Shown here one piece after another: positions 9,879 through 19,816 of a DNA stretch of 64,000 nucleotides. The first letter of the stretch is position 1. Each line of letters begins with the position of its first letter. Both the position numbers and the translations under genes were made by a program. Under the pieces are notes generated by a model. The model was given only the letters and a program-made list of their open reading frames with translations, ran no database searches and was not told the origin of the DNA. This DNA is from an uncultured beta proteobacterium (GTDB lineage Bacteria; Pseudomonadota; Gammaproteobacteria; Burkholderiales; Casimicrobiaceae): the NCBI GenBank assembly GCA_963798655.1, contig CAWCUH010000007.1, positions 303,423-367,422 on the forward strand, read 5' to 3'.

Positions 9879-11063
9879 TTACAGCTTGCAGCCGCGTGGC
9901 GGATCGGTGATGTTCTTCACCGCGACGCCGATCACCTTGTTCTCCTTGCCTTCAACCTTGCGCAGGTAGATGTCCTGGATCGGCGCATGCGACTTCGTGA
10001 ACGACAACGAGCCTCGCGGGCTGTCGATCTTCGCCGACTCCATCGCCTTGATGAGTTCGGCGCGCTTGCTGACGTCGCCGTTGACCGACTTCAGGCCGGC
10101 CTCGAGCAACTGCGCGGCGTCGTAGCCCTGCATCGCGTAGACGTCGGGCTCCATCTTGTACGCCTTTTCGTACGCTGCGCGAAACGCCTTGTTCTTGGGA
10201 TTGTCCAGACCGTCGCCGTAATGCAGCGTCGTCAGCAGCCCCTGCGCCGCCTCGCCCTGAGCCTCGAGCGTTCCGTCGGTGAGGAAGCCGGCGCCGACGA
10301 GCGGAATCGTCTTGTTCAATCCTGCCGCCGCGTAGTCCTTGACGAATTTGACGGCGCCGCCGCCGGCGAAGAACACGTAGACGACATCCGGCTTCAACGC
10401 AGCGATTTCCGTCAGGTACGACTGGAACTCGACCTGCGGGAACGGCACCCACAGCTGCTTCACGACCTTGCCACCGCCCGCCTCGAACGCTTCCTTGAAG
10501 CCGTTGACCGAGTCCTCGCCGGCCGCGTACTTCCACGTGAACGTCACCGCCGTCTTCTTCTTCTGCTCGGCCATCACCTTGCCCATCGCGATGCCCGGCT
10601 GGGAGTTCGTGAACGACGTGCGGAATACATTCGGGGCGCACAGCGCGCCGGTGATCTCGTCGGCACCGGCGTTCGGAATGACGAGCAGCGTGTTCGTGTC
10701 GCGGGCGATCTTCGACATCGCGAGCGCGACGCCCGAATGGACGGTGCCGACGAGCACGTCGACCTGGTCGCGCTTCACCAGCTTGTTGGTGTTCTCGGGC
10801 GCCTTCGCCGGATCGGATTCGTCGTCGACGGTGAAGTACTCGACGTCGCGGCCGCCGAGCTTGCCGCCGCTCTCCGACACGGCCAGCTTGAAGCCGTTCG
10901 TGATCGCGGTGCCGAGCGCCGCATACGTACCGGTGTACGGCAGCATCAGGCCCACCTTGATCTTTGCCTGTGCAAGCGCGGGGGCGGCCGGCACGAGCAT
11001 CGCGCCGGCGAGCGCGGCGAGGGCAAGCGCGCCGATCTTGGGCGAGCGTAGCAATGACTTCAT
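9879..11063 (-). CDS. ABC transporter periplasmic substrate-binding protein (Leu/Ile/Val-binding family; probably aromatic-acid specific)
   Basis: 394 aa with signal peptide MKSLLRSPKIGALALAALAGAMLVPAAPALAQA and a type-I PBP fold. It is adjacent to the benzoate-CoA ligase. Confidence 0.9.
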   Translation of the reverse strand: MKSLLRSPKIGALALAALAGAMLVPAAPALAQAKIKVGLMLPYTGTYAALGTAITNGFKLAVSESGGKLGGRDVEYFTVDDESDPAKAPENTNKLVKRDQVDVLVGTVHSGVALAMSKIARDTNTLLVIPNAGADEITGALCAPNVFRTSFTNSQPGIAMGKVMAEQKKKTAVTFTWKYAAGEDSVNGFKEAFEAGGGKVVKQLWVPFPQVEFQSYLTEIAALKPDVVYVFFAGGGAVKFVKDYAAAGLNKTIPLVGAGFLTDGTLEAQGEAAQGLLTTLHYGDGLDNPKNKAFRAAYEKAYKMEPDVYAMQGYDAAQLLEAGLKSVNGDVSKRAELIKAMESAKIDSPRGSLSFTKSHAPIQDIYLRKVEGKENKVIGVAVKNITDPPRGCKL

Positions 11064-11088
11064 GAATCTTCCTCCTGGGTCTTTGTGA

Positions 11089-12678
11089 TCAAGCGGCTTT
11101 CGCGCGCAGCTTGAAGCGCTGGATTTTACCCGTTGCCGTCTTCGGCAGCTCGTCGATGAACTCGATCCAGCGCGGGTACTTGTACGGCGCGAGCTTCGAC
11201 TTCACGTGCTGCTGCAGCGCCATCGCGAGCGCGTCGGTCGGCTTTTCGCCGGCCTTCAGCACGACATAGGCGATCGGCTTCACCAGCCGCTCCTCGTCCT
11301 CTCTTCCGACGACGGCCGCCTCGAGCACCGCGGCATGCGTGATCAGCGCCGACTCGACCTCGACCGGCGACACGTAGATGCCCGACACCTTCAGCATGTC
11401 GTCGCTGCGACCGGCATAGACGTAGTAACCGTCGCTGTCGACCGAGTACTTGTCGCCGCAGCGCGTCCACGGGCCCTGGAACGTCGCGCGCGTCTTGTCG
11501 CGGCTGTTCCAGTAGCCGATCGCCGCGGTCGGCCCGCTCACCTGCAGCTCGCCGACCTCTCCGGCGCCCACCGGCTGGCCGTGCTCGTCGAGGATACGCA
11601 ACTCGTAGCCGGGCACCGGCATGCCGGTCGTCCCGTATTTCACCTTGCCCGGACGATTGGCGAGGAACACGTGCAGCATCTCGGTCGAGCCGATCCCGTC
11701 GAGGATCTCGACGCCGAAATGCTCGGTCCAGCGGCGGCCGATGTCGGCGGGTAGCGCCTCGCCGGCCGATGTGCAGAGCCGCATCTTCAATTCGCCGCGC
11801 TTCGGCAGCTCCGGGCTCGCGAGCAGCGCCGCGAACAGCGTCGGCACCGCGTAGAAAATCGTCGGCTGGTGCTTGCGAAGGCGCGTGAATACGGCGGCCG
11901 GCGTCGGCCGCTCGGCCATCAGCACGGTCGTCGCGCCGACCGACATCGGGAAGCTCAACGCGTTGCCAAGGCCGTAGGCGAAAAAGAGCTTCGCCGCCGA
12001 GAACACGACGTCGTCCTCGCGCAGACCCAGAATCGGCGTCGCGAACAGCTCCGCCGTGTTGATCATGCTCGAATGGACGTGCACCGTGCCCTTCGGCGCG
12101 CCGGTCGAGCCCGACGAATAGAGCCAGAAGCAGGCGTCGTCGCACGTCGTGTCCGCCGGCTCGAACGCCGCGTCGGCGTCGGCCATCAGCCGCCTGAGCG
12201 ACAGATGCGTGTCCGCGTCGCCGCCCGACACGATGACGTGCGCGAGATCGGGCAGCTTGCCGAGCAGTGGCGCGATCGCAGGCAGCAGCTGCACCGACAC
12301 GACGAGCACGCGCGCGCGGCTGTCGCGCAGCATGTAGTCGTAGTCGTTCGTCGTGAGCAGCGTGTTCGCCGCGACCGGAACGACGCCCGCCTTGATGCTG
12401 CCGAGGAACGCCGTCGGAAAGTCGATCGTATCGAGCAGGCACAGCAGCACTCGCTGCTCGCGTTGAACGCCGAGGCCGGTGATCGCGTTCGCGAAGCGGT
12501 TCACGCGCTCGGCGAGCTCGCCGTACGTGCACGGGCCGGCGTCGTCGATGTATGCGGCCTTGTTCGCACGGCCGGCCGCGAGGTTGCGCTCGATCAGGTC
12601 GTGCGCCGCGTTGTAATCGCGCGGGATGTCGATCCGAGGCGGGCTCGTGCGTTGGTCCGCCGTGCTCAGTGTCGCCAT
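11089..12678 (-). CDS. benzoate-CoA ligase (AMP-forming acyl-CoA synthetase)
   Basis: 529 aa with AMP-binding motif LYSSGSTGAPKG, YGTTGMPVPGYE and C-terminal GKIQRFKLR. It lies in a box-cluster context. Confidence 0.85.
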   Translation of the reverse strand: MATLSTADQRTSPPRIDIPRDYNAAHDLIERNLAAGRANKAAYIDDAGPCTYGELAERVNRFANAITGLGVQREQRVLLCLLDTIDFPTAFLGSIKAGVVPVAANTLLTTNDYDYMLRDSRARVLVVSVQLLPAIAPLLGKLPDLAHVIVSGGDADTHLSLRRLMADADAAFEPADTTCDDACFWLYSSGSTGAPKGTVHVHSSMINTAELFATPILGLREDDVVFSAAKLFFAYGLGNALSFPMSVGATTVLMAERPTPAAVFTRLRKHQPTIFYAVPTLFAALLASPELPKRGELKMRLCTSAGEALPADIGRRWTEHFGVEILDGIGSTEMLHVFLANRPGKVKYGTTGMPVPGYELRILDEHGQPVGAGEVGELQVSGPTAAIGYWNSRDKTRATFQGPWTRCGDKYSVDSDGYYVYAGRSDDMLKVSGIYVSPVEVESALITHAAVLEAAVVGREDEERLVKPIAYVVLKAGEKPTDALAMALQQHVKSKLAPYKYPRWIEFIDELPKTATGKIQRFKLRAKAA

Positions 12679-12715
12679 GCTCTCCTCCCGCCGCGCGCCC
12701 GCGAATGCGCGCGCG

Positions 12716-13183
12716 TCAGCTTTTCGTGAATTCGATCGCGCCGTCCGGCAACAGGTAGAGCACGAGCGCGCGGCCGCCGGCGACAGTCGGCGTGTGCGCG
12801 CTGTCGGGGCCGTAGACGACCCAGCCGGCGCCGTGACCGTCGAACGCCGCGCCGTCGGTGAGCGGCATCACGAGATCGATCTCGCCGGTCGGGTGGCGAT
12901 GGTGCCCGCCGGCGACGTCGTTCATGTCGACGACGTCGACCGAGAAGCCGTGCGTCGTCGCGCCTGGCTTCACGACACGTCCATATCGAATGCCGGCGTG
13001 CTCGCGGCTGCACATCCAGCCGTCGGCGATGCCGTCGCGGCACGCGTCGAGGATCGTGCGGTACGTATCGCCGCCGGCAGGAAAACGGCGGTTGAGCTCG
13101 TCCGCCAGCGAAGGATGGAGCGGTGCGCCGGCGAGGGCGCCCGTGATCGACGCGATCAAGTCGGTGAACTGCTGCTGCGTCAT
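12716..13183 (-). CDS. conserved hypothetical protein (DUF4863-like, box-cluster associated)
   Basis: 155-aa ORF with normal composition (MTQQQFTDLIASITGALAGAPLHPSLADELNRRFPAGGDTYRTILDACRDG...). It is the first gene of the ligase/transporter operon, divergent from boxR. Confidence 0.65.
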   Translation of the reverse strand: MTQQQFTDLIASITGALAGAPLHPSLADELNRRFPAGGDTYRTILDACRDGIADGWMCSREHAGIRYGRVVKPGATTHGFSVDVVDMNDVAGGHHRHPTGEIDLVMPLTDGAAFDGHGAGWVVYGPDSAHTPTVAGGRALVLYLLPDGAIEFTKS

Positions 13184-13383
13184 CGGCGCTCGCGGGTCCC
13201 GATTGGGTGCTGCACTTTAGATCATCCTTTTTTGCAAAGTCAAGCACAATAGCGCGCCCACGTCGCCGGGAGACTTCGCTCGGAAGCGCTCGAAGCTGCG
13301 ACGGGCTGCCGCATCAAATTGGGCGTGATCTTGCCTTGACACCGATCAATGTTGGGAAATATAGTTCAGCGCTTCGAACCAAA

Positions 13384-14301
13384 GTGCATCACTCGGGCGC
13401 CGCCTTGATCACAACCCTCACGCACCCGGACTCCGGCGCGGCCATCGACGCTTCTGTCGCCGATGACCGCGACTATCTCGCCGCGATGGGACGAACGGTG
13501 CGCGAGCTGCGCGAGCGCCGCGGCATGGCGCGCAAGGCGCTGTCGCAAGGCGCCGGCGTCTCCGAGCGCTACCTCGCGCAACTCGAAGCGGGCGAAGGCA
13601 ACGCGTCGGTGCTACTGCTTCGAGGCGTCGCCCGTGCGCTGGGCGTCGCGCTGTCCGATCTGGTCTCGGCGCGCGAAAGCTCGGTCGAGCAGCGACTGAT
13701 CCGGCGCTTCCTCGAGCGGCTGCCGGCGCATCGGCTGGAGGACGTCGTGTTCCGGCTGATGCGTGACTTCGGCCAGGAAGAATCGTCGCGCCGCAAGCGC
13801 GTTGCGCTCGTCGGTCTGCGCGGCGCAGGCAAGAGCACGCTCGGCAGCGCGCTCGCGCGCGAAGCGAAGTGCGCATTCGTCGAGCTCGACGCCGAGATCG
13901 AGCGCGAAGCGAGCGTGACGCTGTCGGAAATATTCCTGCTTTACGGTCAGACCGGCTACCGGCGGATCGAGCGCCGGTGTCTCGAGCGCGCGTTCACCGC
14001 GCACGACCGGATGGTGCTTTCGGTCGGCGGAGGCATCGTCTCCGAGCCCGACACGTACAACCGGCTGCTGCTGAACTGCTTCACCGTGTGGGTGAAGGCG
14101 AGTCCGGACGAGCACATGGCGCGCGTGCTCGCGCAGGGCGACCTGCGGCCGATGCAGGGCCATGCCGAGGCGATGGACGACTTGAAGCGCATCCTGGAAG
14201 CGCGCGAGCCGCTGTACCGCAAGGCGGACGCGACGCTCGAAACGTCGGGCGAGACGGCCGAGCAAAGCCTTTCCAGGCTGAAGCAGCTCACGCTCGCGTA
14301 A
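13384..14301 (+). CDS. boxR: BoxR/BzdR-type regulator (XRE HTH domain fused to shikimate-kinase-like domain)
   Basis: HTH region MGRTVRELRERRGMARKALSQGAGVSERYLAQLEAGEGNASVLLLRGVARALGV, followed by P-loop LVGLRGAGKSTLG. The start is uncertain: GTG 13384 was chosen (305 aa), while the track ORF begins at 13207. Confidence 0.7.
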   Translation: MHHSGAALITTLTHPDSGAAIDASVADDRDYLAAMGRTVRELRERRGMARKALSQGAGVSERYLAQLEAGEGNASVLLLRGVARALGVALSDLVSARESSVEQRLIRRFLERLPAHRLEDVVFRLMRDFGQEESSRRKRVALVGLRGAGKSTLGSALAREAKCAFVELDAEIEREASVTLSEIFLLYGQTGYRRIERRCLERAFTAHDRMVLSVGGGIVSEPDTYNRLLLNCFTVWVKASPDEHMARVLAQGDLRPMQGHAEAMDDLKRILEAREPLYRKADATLETSGETAEQSLSRLKQLTLA

Positions 14302-14317
14302 CAAGAGGAGGTTCCCG

Positions 14318-16015
14318 ATGGCCGACATCGCCGCGCCGATCGTGCGCTCGCCGGCAAGCGACGCACCTGCGCTCGTCACGTACGACACGCATCCCGACCG
14401 TTACGCGCACTGGAAGCTTGCCTTCGACGGTACGATCGCGACGCTCGCGCTCGACGTGAACGAGGATCGGGGCTTGCGTCCCGGCTACAAGCTCAAGCTG
14501 AACTCGTACGACCTGGGCGTCGACATCGAGCTCCACGACGCGCTGCAGCGGATCCGCTTCGAGCACCCCGAAGTGCGTGCCGTCGTCGTCACCAGCGCCA
14601 AGGAGCGGATCTTCTGCTCGGGCGCGAACATCTTCATGCTCGGCGTTTCGTCGCACGCGTGGAAGGTCAACTTCTGCAAGTTCACCAACGAGACGCGCAA
14701 CGGCATCGAGGATTCGAGCCGCCATTCCGGATTGAAGTTCGTCGCCGCGTGCAACGGCACGACGGCCGGCGGCGGCTACGAGGTCGCGCTCGCGTGCGAC
14801 GAGATCTGGCTCGTCGACGATCGATCGTCCGCCGTGAGCCTGCCCGAAGTGCCGCTGCTCGGCGTGCTGCCGGGCACCGGCGGCCTCACGCGCGTGACCG
14901 ACAAGCGGCACGTGCGCCGCGATCGCGCCGACGTGTTCTGCACGCTGGTCGAAGGCGTGCGCGCGCAGCGGGCGAAGGAGTGGCGATTGATCGACGGCTT
15001 TGCCAAGCCGCAGCAGTTCGCCGCGACGGTGCGTGCGCGTGCCGAGGCGCTTGCCGCGTCGAGCGATCGGCCGGTCGGCGCCAAGGGTGTCGCGCTTATG
15101 CCGCTTGCGCGCAGGATCGACCCGAATGGCTATCGCTACGAATACGTCGACGTCGCGTTCGACCGTACGGCGCGCAACGCGACGATCACGGTCAAGGCGC
15201 CGGCGTCCGCACCGGTCGACGACATCGATGCGCTCATCGCACAAGGCGCCGCATGGTGGCCGCTCGCGGTGGCGCGCGAGCTCGACGACGCGATCCTCAT
15301 GCTGCGAACGAACGAGCCGACGCTCGGCACGTGGGTGCTGAAGACGCAGGGCGAGGCCGCATACGTTCTCGCCGCCGACGCAGCGCTGGAAAAGCACGCC
15401 GGCCACTGGTTCGTCCGCGAGACGCTCGGCATGCTGCGGCGAACGCTCGCGCGGCTCGACGTCACGTCGCGCACGTTGTATGCGCTGATCGAGCCGGGCT
15501 CGTGCTTCGCCGGCACGCTGCTCGAGCTCGCGCTCGCCGCCGACCGCAGCTACATGCTCGCGCTGCCGCACGACGAAGCGAACGCCCCGGCGATCGCGCT
15601 CTCGACGGCGAACTTCGGCCGCTATCCGATGGTGAACGGCCATGCGCGCCTCGCGTCGCGCTTCTACGGCGAAGCGCAGCCGATCGATGCCGCGCGCGGC
15701 GCGGTCGGCGAGCTGTTGCGCGCGGACGAGGCCGTCGCCCTCGGGCTGGTCACCGCCGCGCCCGACGAGCTCGACTGGGGCGACGAAGTTCGCATCGCGC
15801 TCGAGGAACGCGCGAGCCTTTCGCCCGACGCGCTGACGGGAATGGAAGCGAACCTGCGCTTCGGTGTTGCCGAGACGATGGAGACGCGCGTGTTCGGGCG
15901 GCTGTCGGCATGGCAGAACTGGATCTTCATTCGGCCGAACGCCGTCGGCGAAGCCGGCGCGCTGAAAGTGTTCGGCAGCGGCAGCAAGGCGAAATTCAAC
16001 TGGGAACGGGTTTGA
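14318..16015 (+). CDS. boxC: 2,3-epoxybenzoyl-CoA dihydrolase (benzoyl-CoA-dihydrodiol lyase)
   Basis: 565-aa crotonase-superfamily protein of the size and architecture of BoxC. It lies directly upstream of boxB/boxA. Confidence 0.88.
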   Translation: MADIAAPIVRSPASDAPALVTYDTHPDRYAHWKLAFDGTIATLALDVNEDRGLRPGYKLKLNSYDLGVDIELHDALQRIRFEHPEVRAVVVTSAKERIFCSGANIFMLGVSSHAWKVNFCKFTNETRNGIEDSSRHSGLKFVAACNGTTAGGGYEVALACDEIWLVDDRSSAVSLPEVPLLGVLPGTGGLTRVTDKRHVRRDRADVFCTLVEGVRAQRAKEWRLIDGFAKPQQFAATVRARAEALAASSDRPVGAKGVALMPLARRIDPNGYRYEYVDVAFDRTARNATITVKAPASAPVDDIDALIAQGAAWWPLAVARELDDAILMLRTNEPTLGTWVLKTQGEAAYVLAADAALEKHAGHWFVRETLGMLRRTLARLDVTSRTLYALIEPGSCFAGTLLELALAADRSYMLALPHDEANAPAIALSTANFGRYPMVNGHARLASRFYGEAQPIDAARGAVGELLRADEAVALGLVTAAPDELDWGDEVRIALEERASLSPDALTGMEANLRFGVAETMETRVFGRLSAWQNWIFIRPNAVGEAGALKVFGSGSKAKFNWERV

Positions 16016-16016
16016 C

Positions 16017-16088
16017 CGTCGTTCCCGCGAACGCGGGAATCGAGCGTCGTTCCCGTCAAAGCCACTGGGTCCCCGCCTTCGCGGGGAC
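16017..16088. repeat. Burkholderia-type REP palindromes in the boxC-boxB spacer
   Basis: TTCCCGCG-AA-CGCGGGAA at 16022-16039 and GTCCCCGC-CTTC-GCGGGGAC at 16069-16088. CGTCGTTCCCG is repeated directly at 16017 and 16045. Confidence 0.75.
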
Positions 16089-16106
16089 GACCGATCGGAG
16101 CATTCG

Positions 16107-17531
16107 ATGAGCATCGACTACAGCGAAAAGATCCCGAACAACGTCGACCTCGCCGGCAACCGGACGCTGCAGCGCGCGCTCGAGCAATGGCAGCCCGGGT
16201 TTCGCAACTGGTGGAGCGAAATGGGACCGGACGGCTCGCAGAGCTTCGACGTCTACCTGCGCACGGCGATCAGCGTCGACCCGAAAGGTTGGGCGCACTT
16301 CGAGTACGTGAAGATGCCCGACTATCGCTGGGGCATTTTCCTCAATCCCAGGGAAGCCGACCGCAAGGTCAACTTCGGCGTGCACAAGGGCGAGCCCGCG
16401 TGGCAGGAAGTGCCGGGCGAGCATCGCGCGAATTTGCGCCGGCTGATCGTCACGCAAGGCGACACCGAGCCGGCATCCGTCGAGCAGCAGCGCCACCTCG
16501 GCCTCACGTGCCCGTCGATGTACGACCTGCGTAATCTCTTTCAGGTGAACGTCGAGGAAGGCCGCCACCTGTGGGCGATGGTGTATCTGCTGCACGCGTA
16601 CTTCGGCCGCGACGGCCGCGAGGAAGCCGAGGCGCTGCTCGAGCGGCGCTCGGGCGATGCCGACAATCCGCGGATCCTCGGCGCGTTCAACGAGCGAACG
16701 CCGGACTGGCTGTCGTTCTTCATGTTCACGTACTTCACCGACCGCGACGGCAAGTACCAGCTCTGCTCGCTCGCCGAGTCGGGCTTCGATCCGCTCGCGC
16801 GCACGTGCCGCTTCATGCTGACCGAGGAAGCGCACCACATGTTCGTCGGGGAAGCCGGCATCGGGCGCGTGATCCAGCGCACGTGCGACGTGATGAACCA
16901 GCTGAAGACGGACGATCCGGCAAGGGTTCGTGCTGAGGGCGTCATCGACCTGCCGACGATCCAGCGGTACCTGAACTTCCATTTCAGCGTGACGATGGAT
17001 CTCTTCGGCGCCGACGTCTCGTCGAACGCGGCGACGTTCTACTCGACGGGGTTGAAGGGGCGCTTCGACGAGACGAAGATCGACGACGACCATCTGCTGA
17101 CCGGTGCGTCGTATCCGGTGTTCGAGGTGCGCGACGGACGACTGGCGACGACCGACGCGCCGGCGCTGAACGCGCTCAACGAGAAATTGCGCGACGATTA
17201 TGTGAAGGATGCCGTCGCCGGCATCGAGCGCTGGAATCGCATCATCGAAAAAGCCGGCGTGCCGGTGCGCCTCAAGGCGCCGCACAAGGCGTTCAACCGC
17301 AAGATAGGGCCGCTGTCCGCGGCGCGCATCGATCCGCAAGGCAACGCAATCCCGCAAAGCGAATGGTCGGCGAAGCACGCGCAATGGCTTCCGTCCGAGG
17401 AAGATCGCGCGTTCGTCGCATCACTGATGGGACGCGTCGCCGAGCCGGGCAAGTTCGCGAACTGGATCGCGCCGCCGGCGCGCGGCATCAACAACCAGCC
17501 GGTCGACTTCGCGTACGTCCGCTTCAATTGA
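16107..17531 (+). CDS. boxB: benzoyl-CoA 2,3-epoxidase subunit B (di-iron oxygenase)
   Basis: 474 aa (MSIDYSEKIPNNVDLAGNRTLQRALEQWQPGFRNWWSEMGP...) with di-iron EExH motifs (EEGRHLW, TEEAHHMF). Confidence 0.92.
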   Translation: MSIDYSEKIPNNVDLAGNRTLQRALEQWQPGFRNWWSEMGPDGSQSFDVYLRTAISVDPKGWAHFEYVKMPDYRWGIFLNPREADRKVNFGVHKGEPAWQEVPGEHRANLRRLIVTQGDTEPASVEQQRHLGLTCPSMYDLRNLFQVNVEEGRHLWAMVYLLHAYFGRDGREEAEALLERRSGDADNPRILGAFNERTPDWLSFFMFTYFTDRDGKYQLCSLAESGFDPLARTCRFMLTEEAHHMFVGEAGIGRVIQRTCDVMNQLKTDDPARVRAEGVIDLPTIQRYLNFHFSVTMDLFGADVSSNAATFYSTGLKGRFDETKIDDDHLLTGASYPVFEVRDGRLATTDAPALNALNEKLRDDYVKDAVAGIERWNRIIEKAGVPVRLKAPHKAFNRKIGPLSAARIDPQGNAIPQSEWSAKHAQWLPSEEDRAFVASLMGRVAEPGKFANWIAPPARGINNQPVDFAYVRFN

Positions 17532-17650
17532 ACCGCGCCCTTGCGAGGAGCGCCTCGACAAGCCCAGGACAGCCTCCGCGACGAGGAATCTGCCGTTGTC
17601 CGCGACGCAAGAGCAGATCCCTCGCCGAGGTCGGGTTGAGATAACGCGAC

Positions 17651-18880
17651 ATGGCCTCCACCCCAGCATCGGCCGAAGTCCTTCGCCAGCACCTGATCGA
17701 TCCGGAGATCTGCATCCGGTGCAACACGTGCGAGGAGACGTGCCCGGTCGACGCGATCACGCACGACGCGCGCAACTACGTCGTCGATCCGTCGAAGTGC
17801 AACGGCTGCAACGACTGCATCTCGCCGTGCCCGACCGGCGCGATCGACAGCTGGCGCACCGTCGCGCGAGCGCGCGCGTACTCGATCGACGAGCAACTCG
17901 GCTGGGACGCGCTGCCGGCCCCGACCGACGTCGAGCCGGACACGGCATCGGCGTTGCCGGACGACATCGCGCGTCTCACGGAGGCCGCGACGGCCGGACA
18001 AGGCGGACCGGTGTGCCCGCCGTGGTCGGCCGCGCATCCGTACGTCAACCTGTATTCGCGCGAGCGGCCGGCGATCGCGACGGTCAGCGGCAACTTCCGG
18101 CTGACCTCCGACGACGCGAGCGCCGACATCCGGCACGTCGTGCTGGACTTCGGCGGAATGGCGTTTCCCGTGCTCGAAGGACAGAGCATCGGCATTCTGC
18201 CTCCCGGCGTCGACGCGCTCGGCCGGCCTCATGTTCCGCGGCTCTATTCGGTCGCAAGCCCGCGCGAAGGCGAGCGGCCGCGCTACAACAACCTGTCGCT
18301 CACCGTGAAGCGCGTGACCGAGGACCATGACGGCAATGCGGTGCGCGGCGTCGCGTCGAATTACATCTGCGACCTGCGCAAGGGCGACGAGGTGCGCGTC
18401 GTCGGGCCGTTCGGCACGACGTTCCTGATGCCGAACCATCCGGGCGCGAACCTGCTCATGGTCTGCACGGGAACCGGCTCGGCGCCGATGCGCGCGATGA
18501 CCGAGCGGCGTCGCCGCCGCATCGCGCTGAGCGAAGGCGGCACGCTGATGCTGTTCTTCGGCGCGCGCGTGTCGGGCGAGCTGCCGTACTTCGGTCCGCT
18601 GATGAAGCTGCCGAAGGATTTCATCGACATCAACCTCGCGTTCTCGCGCGTGGCCGGACAGCCGAAGCAGTATGTGCAGGACCTGATCCGACGGCGCAGC
18701 GCCGACGTCGCACGATTGCTCGCCGACGCCAACACGTTCGTCTACATCTGCGGGCTCAAGGGCATGGAGGCCGGCGTCGACGAGGCGCTGCGCGGCGCCT
18801 GCCGCGAGCACGGCATGGATTGGGACGGGCTGCTGCCGGCGCTGCGCGCCGCCGGTCGCTACCACGTCGAGACGTACTGA
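17651..18880 (+). CDS. boxA: benzoyl-CoA oxygenase/reductase component A (2x[4Fe-4S] ferredoxin fused to FNR-type reductase)
   Basis: 409 aa with [12 protein letters not shown] and [12 protein letters not shown] clusters, then RLYSVAS FAD motif and [15 protein letters not shown] motif. Confidence 0.9.
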   Translation: MASTPASAEVLRQHLIDPEICIRCNTCEETCPVDAITHDARNYVVDPSKCNGCNDCISPCPTGAIDSWRTVARARAYSIDEQLGWDALPAPTDVEPDTASALPDDIARLTEAATAGQGGPVCPPWSAAHPYVNLYSRERPAIATVSGNFRLTSDDASADIRHVVLDFGGMAFPVLEGQSIGILPPGVDALGRPHVPRLYSVASPREGERPRYNNLSLTVKRVTEDHDGNAVRGVASNYICDLRKGDEVRVVGPFGTTFLMPNHPGANLLMVCTGTGSAPMRAMTERRRRRIALSEGGTLMLFFGARVSGELPYFGPLMKLPKDFIDINLAFSRVAGQPKQYVQDLIRRRSADVARLLADANTFVYICGLKGMEAGVDEALRGACREHGMDWDGLLPALRAAGRYHVETY

Positions 18881-18892
18881 GGCGCCGCCGCG

Positions 18893-19285
18893 ATGCTCGA
18901 CTACGCGTCGGTCAAGCACCTCCACATGAGCGCCGCCGCGCTGTCGATCGCGCTGTTCGTGCTGCGCGGCGCATGGATGATCGGGTCGCCGCAGCGACTG
19001 GCGACACCCTGGGTGCGCGTCGTTCCGCACGTCGTCGACACGGTGCTGCTCACCTCCGCTCTCGTGCTCGCCTGGCTGATCGGCTTTGCCTCGAACGCGT
19101 CGTGGCTATCGGCGAAGATCGTCGCGCTCGTCGTCTACGTCGCGCTCGGCACCATTGCGCTCAAACGCGGTCGAACGCTGCGGATCCGTGTGAGCGCGTT
19201 CGTCGCGGCGATCGCAACGTTCGCGTACATTGTCAGCGTCGCATTCACCAAGTCGCCGCTGGGCGCTCTTGCGCGGATCGGCTGA
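18893..19285 (+). CDS. SirB2 family inner-membrane protein
   Basis: 130 aa with 4 predicted TM helices (MLDYASVKHLHMSAAALSIALFVLRGAWM...). Confidence 0.65.
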   Translation: MLDYASVKHLHMSAAALSIALFVLRGAWMIGSPQRLATPWVRVVPHVVDTVLLTSALVLAWLIGFASNASWLSAKIVALVVYVALGTIALKRGRTLRIRVSAFVAAIATFAYIVSVAFTKSPLGALARIG

Positions 19286-19288
19286 GCC

Positions 19289-19816
19289 ATGGCGAACGAA
19301 CTCTTTCCCGACGCCGTCGCACCCTCGTTCGACGATCCGCTCGGCATGCTGACGGCGTGCCACGGCCGCATCGAGCGTCAGCTCGCGACCCTCGGGCGGT
19401 TGCAGCGGCACCTGCCGCAGCACGGCTGCGATGCGGACGCGCGCGCCGCGGCGCGCGCGATCCTGCGCTATTTCGATCTCGCCGCGCCCAATCATCACGC
19501 GGACGAGGAGCAAAGCGTGTTCCCGCGCCTCCTCGCCGCGTCGCCGTCGGCACGCGCGCTGCTGGACGCGCTCGAATGCGACCACGCCGCGCTCGCCGAA
19601 GGATGGGTGCGACTGCGCCCGCTGCTCGCGTCGATCGCCGCCGGCCAGCGCGCGAACCTGTCGCCGAAGGACGTCGCGGGCGTGCGCCGTGCGTACGACG
19701 CGCACATCGCACGCGAGGAAAGCGAGCTGATTCCCCTCGCGGCGGCGACGTTCGACGCGCAAACGCTCGCCGCGATCGGGCGCGAGATGGCCGCGCGGCG
19801 CAACGCGAAAGGCTAG
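19289..19816 (+). CDS. hemerythrin HHE cation-binding domain protein
   Basis: 175 aa with H/E-rich ligand pattern (MLTACHGRIE..., NHHADEEQSVFP, HIAREESELIP). Confidence 0.7.
   Translation: MANELFPDAVAPSFDDPLGMLTACHGRIERQLATLGRLQRHLPQHGCDADARAAARAILRYFDLAAPNHHADEEQSVFPRLLAASPSARALLDALECDHAALAEGWVRLRPLLASIAAGQRANLSPKDVAGVRRAYDAHIAREESELIPLAAATFDAQTLAAIGREMAARRNAKG

Noticed and set aside
14288-16114. 608-aa minus-strand ORF opposite boxC. Similar cases are 16056..17384 and 17198..19030 opposite boxB/boxA.
   Set aside because: The sequence is low-complexity and Arg-rich, and it entirely overlaps genes with strong homology-type signatures on the other strand.
19813-19816. Convergent hemerythrin and MFS genes sharing a palindromic CTAG stop overlap.
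   Set aside because: The overlap is real, but it is a trivial consequence of two TAG stops and has no functional implication I can support.
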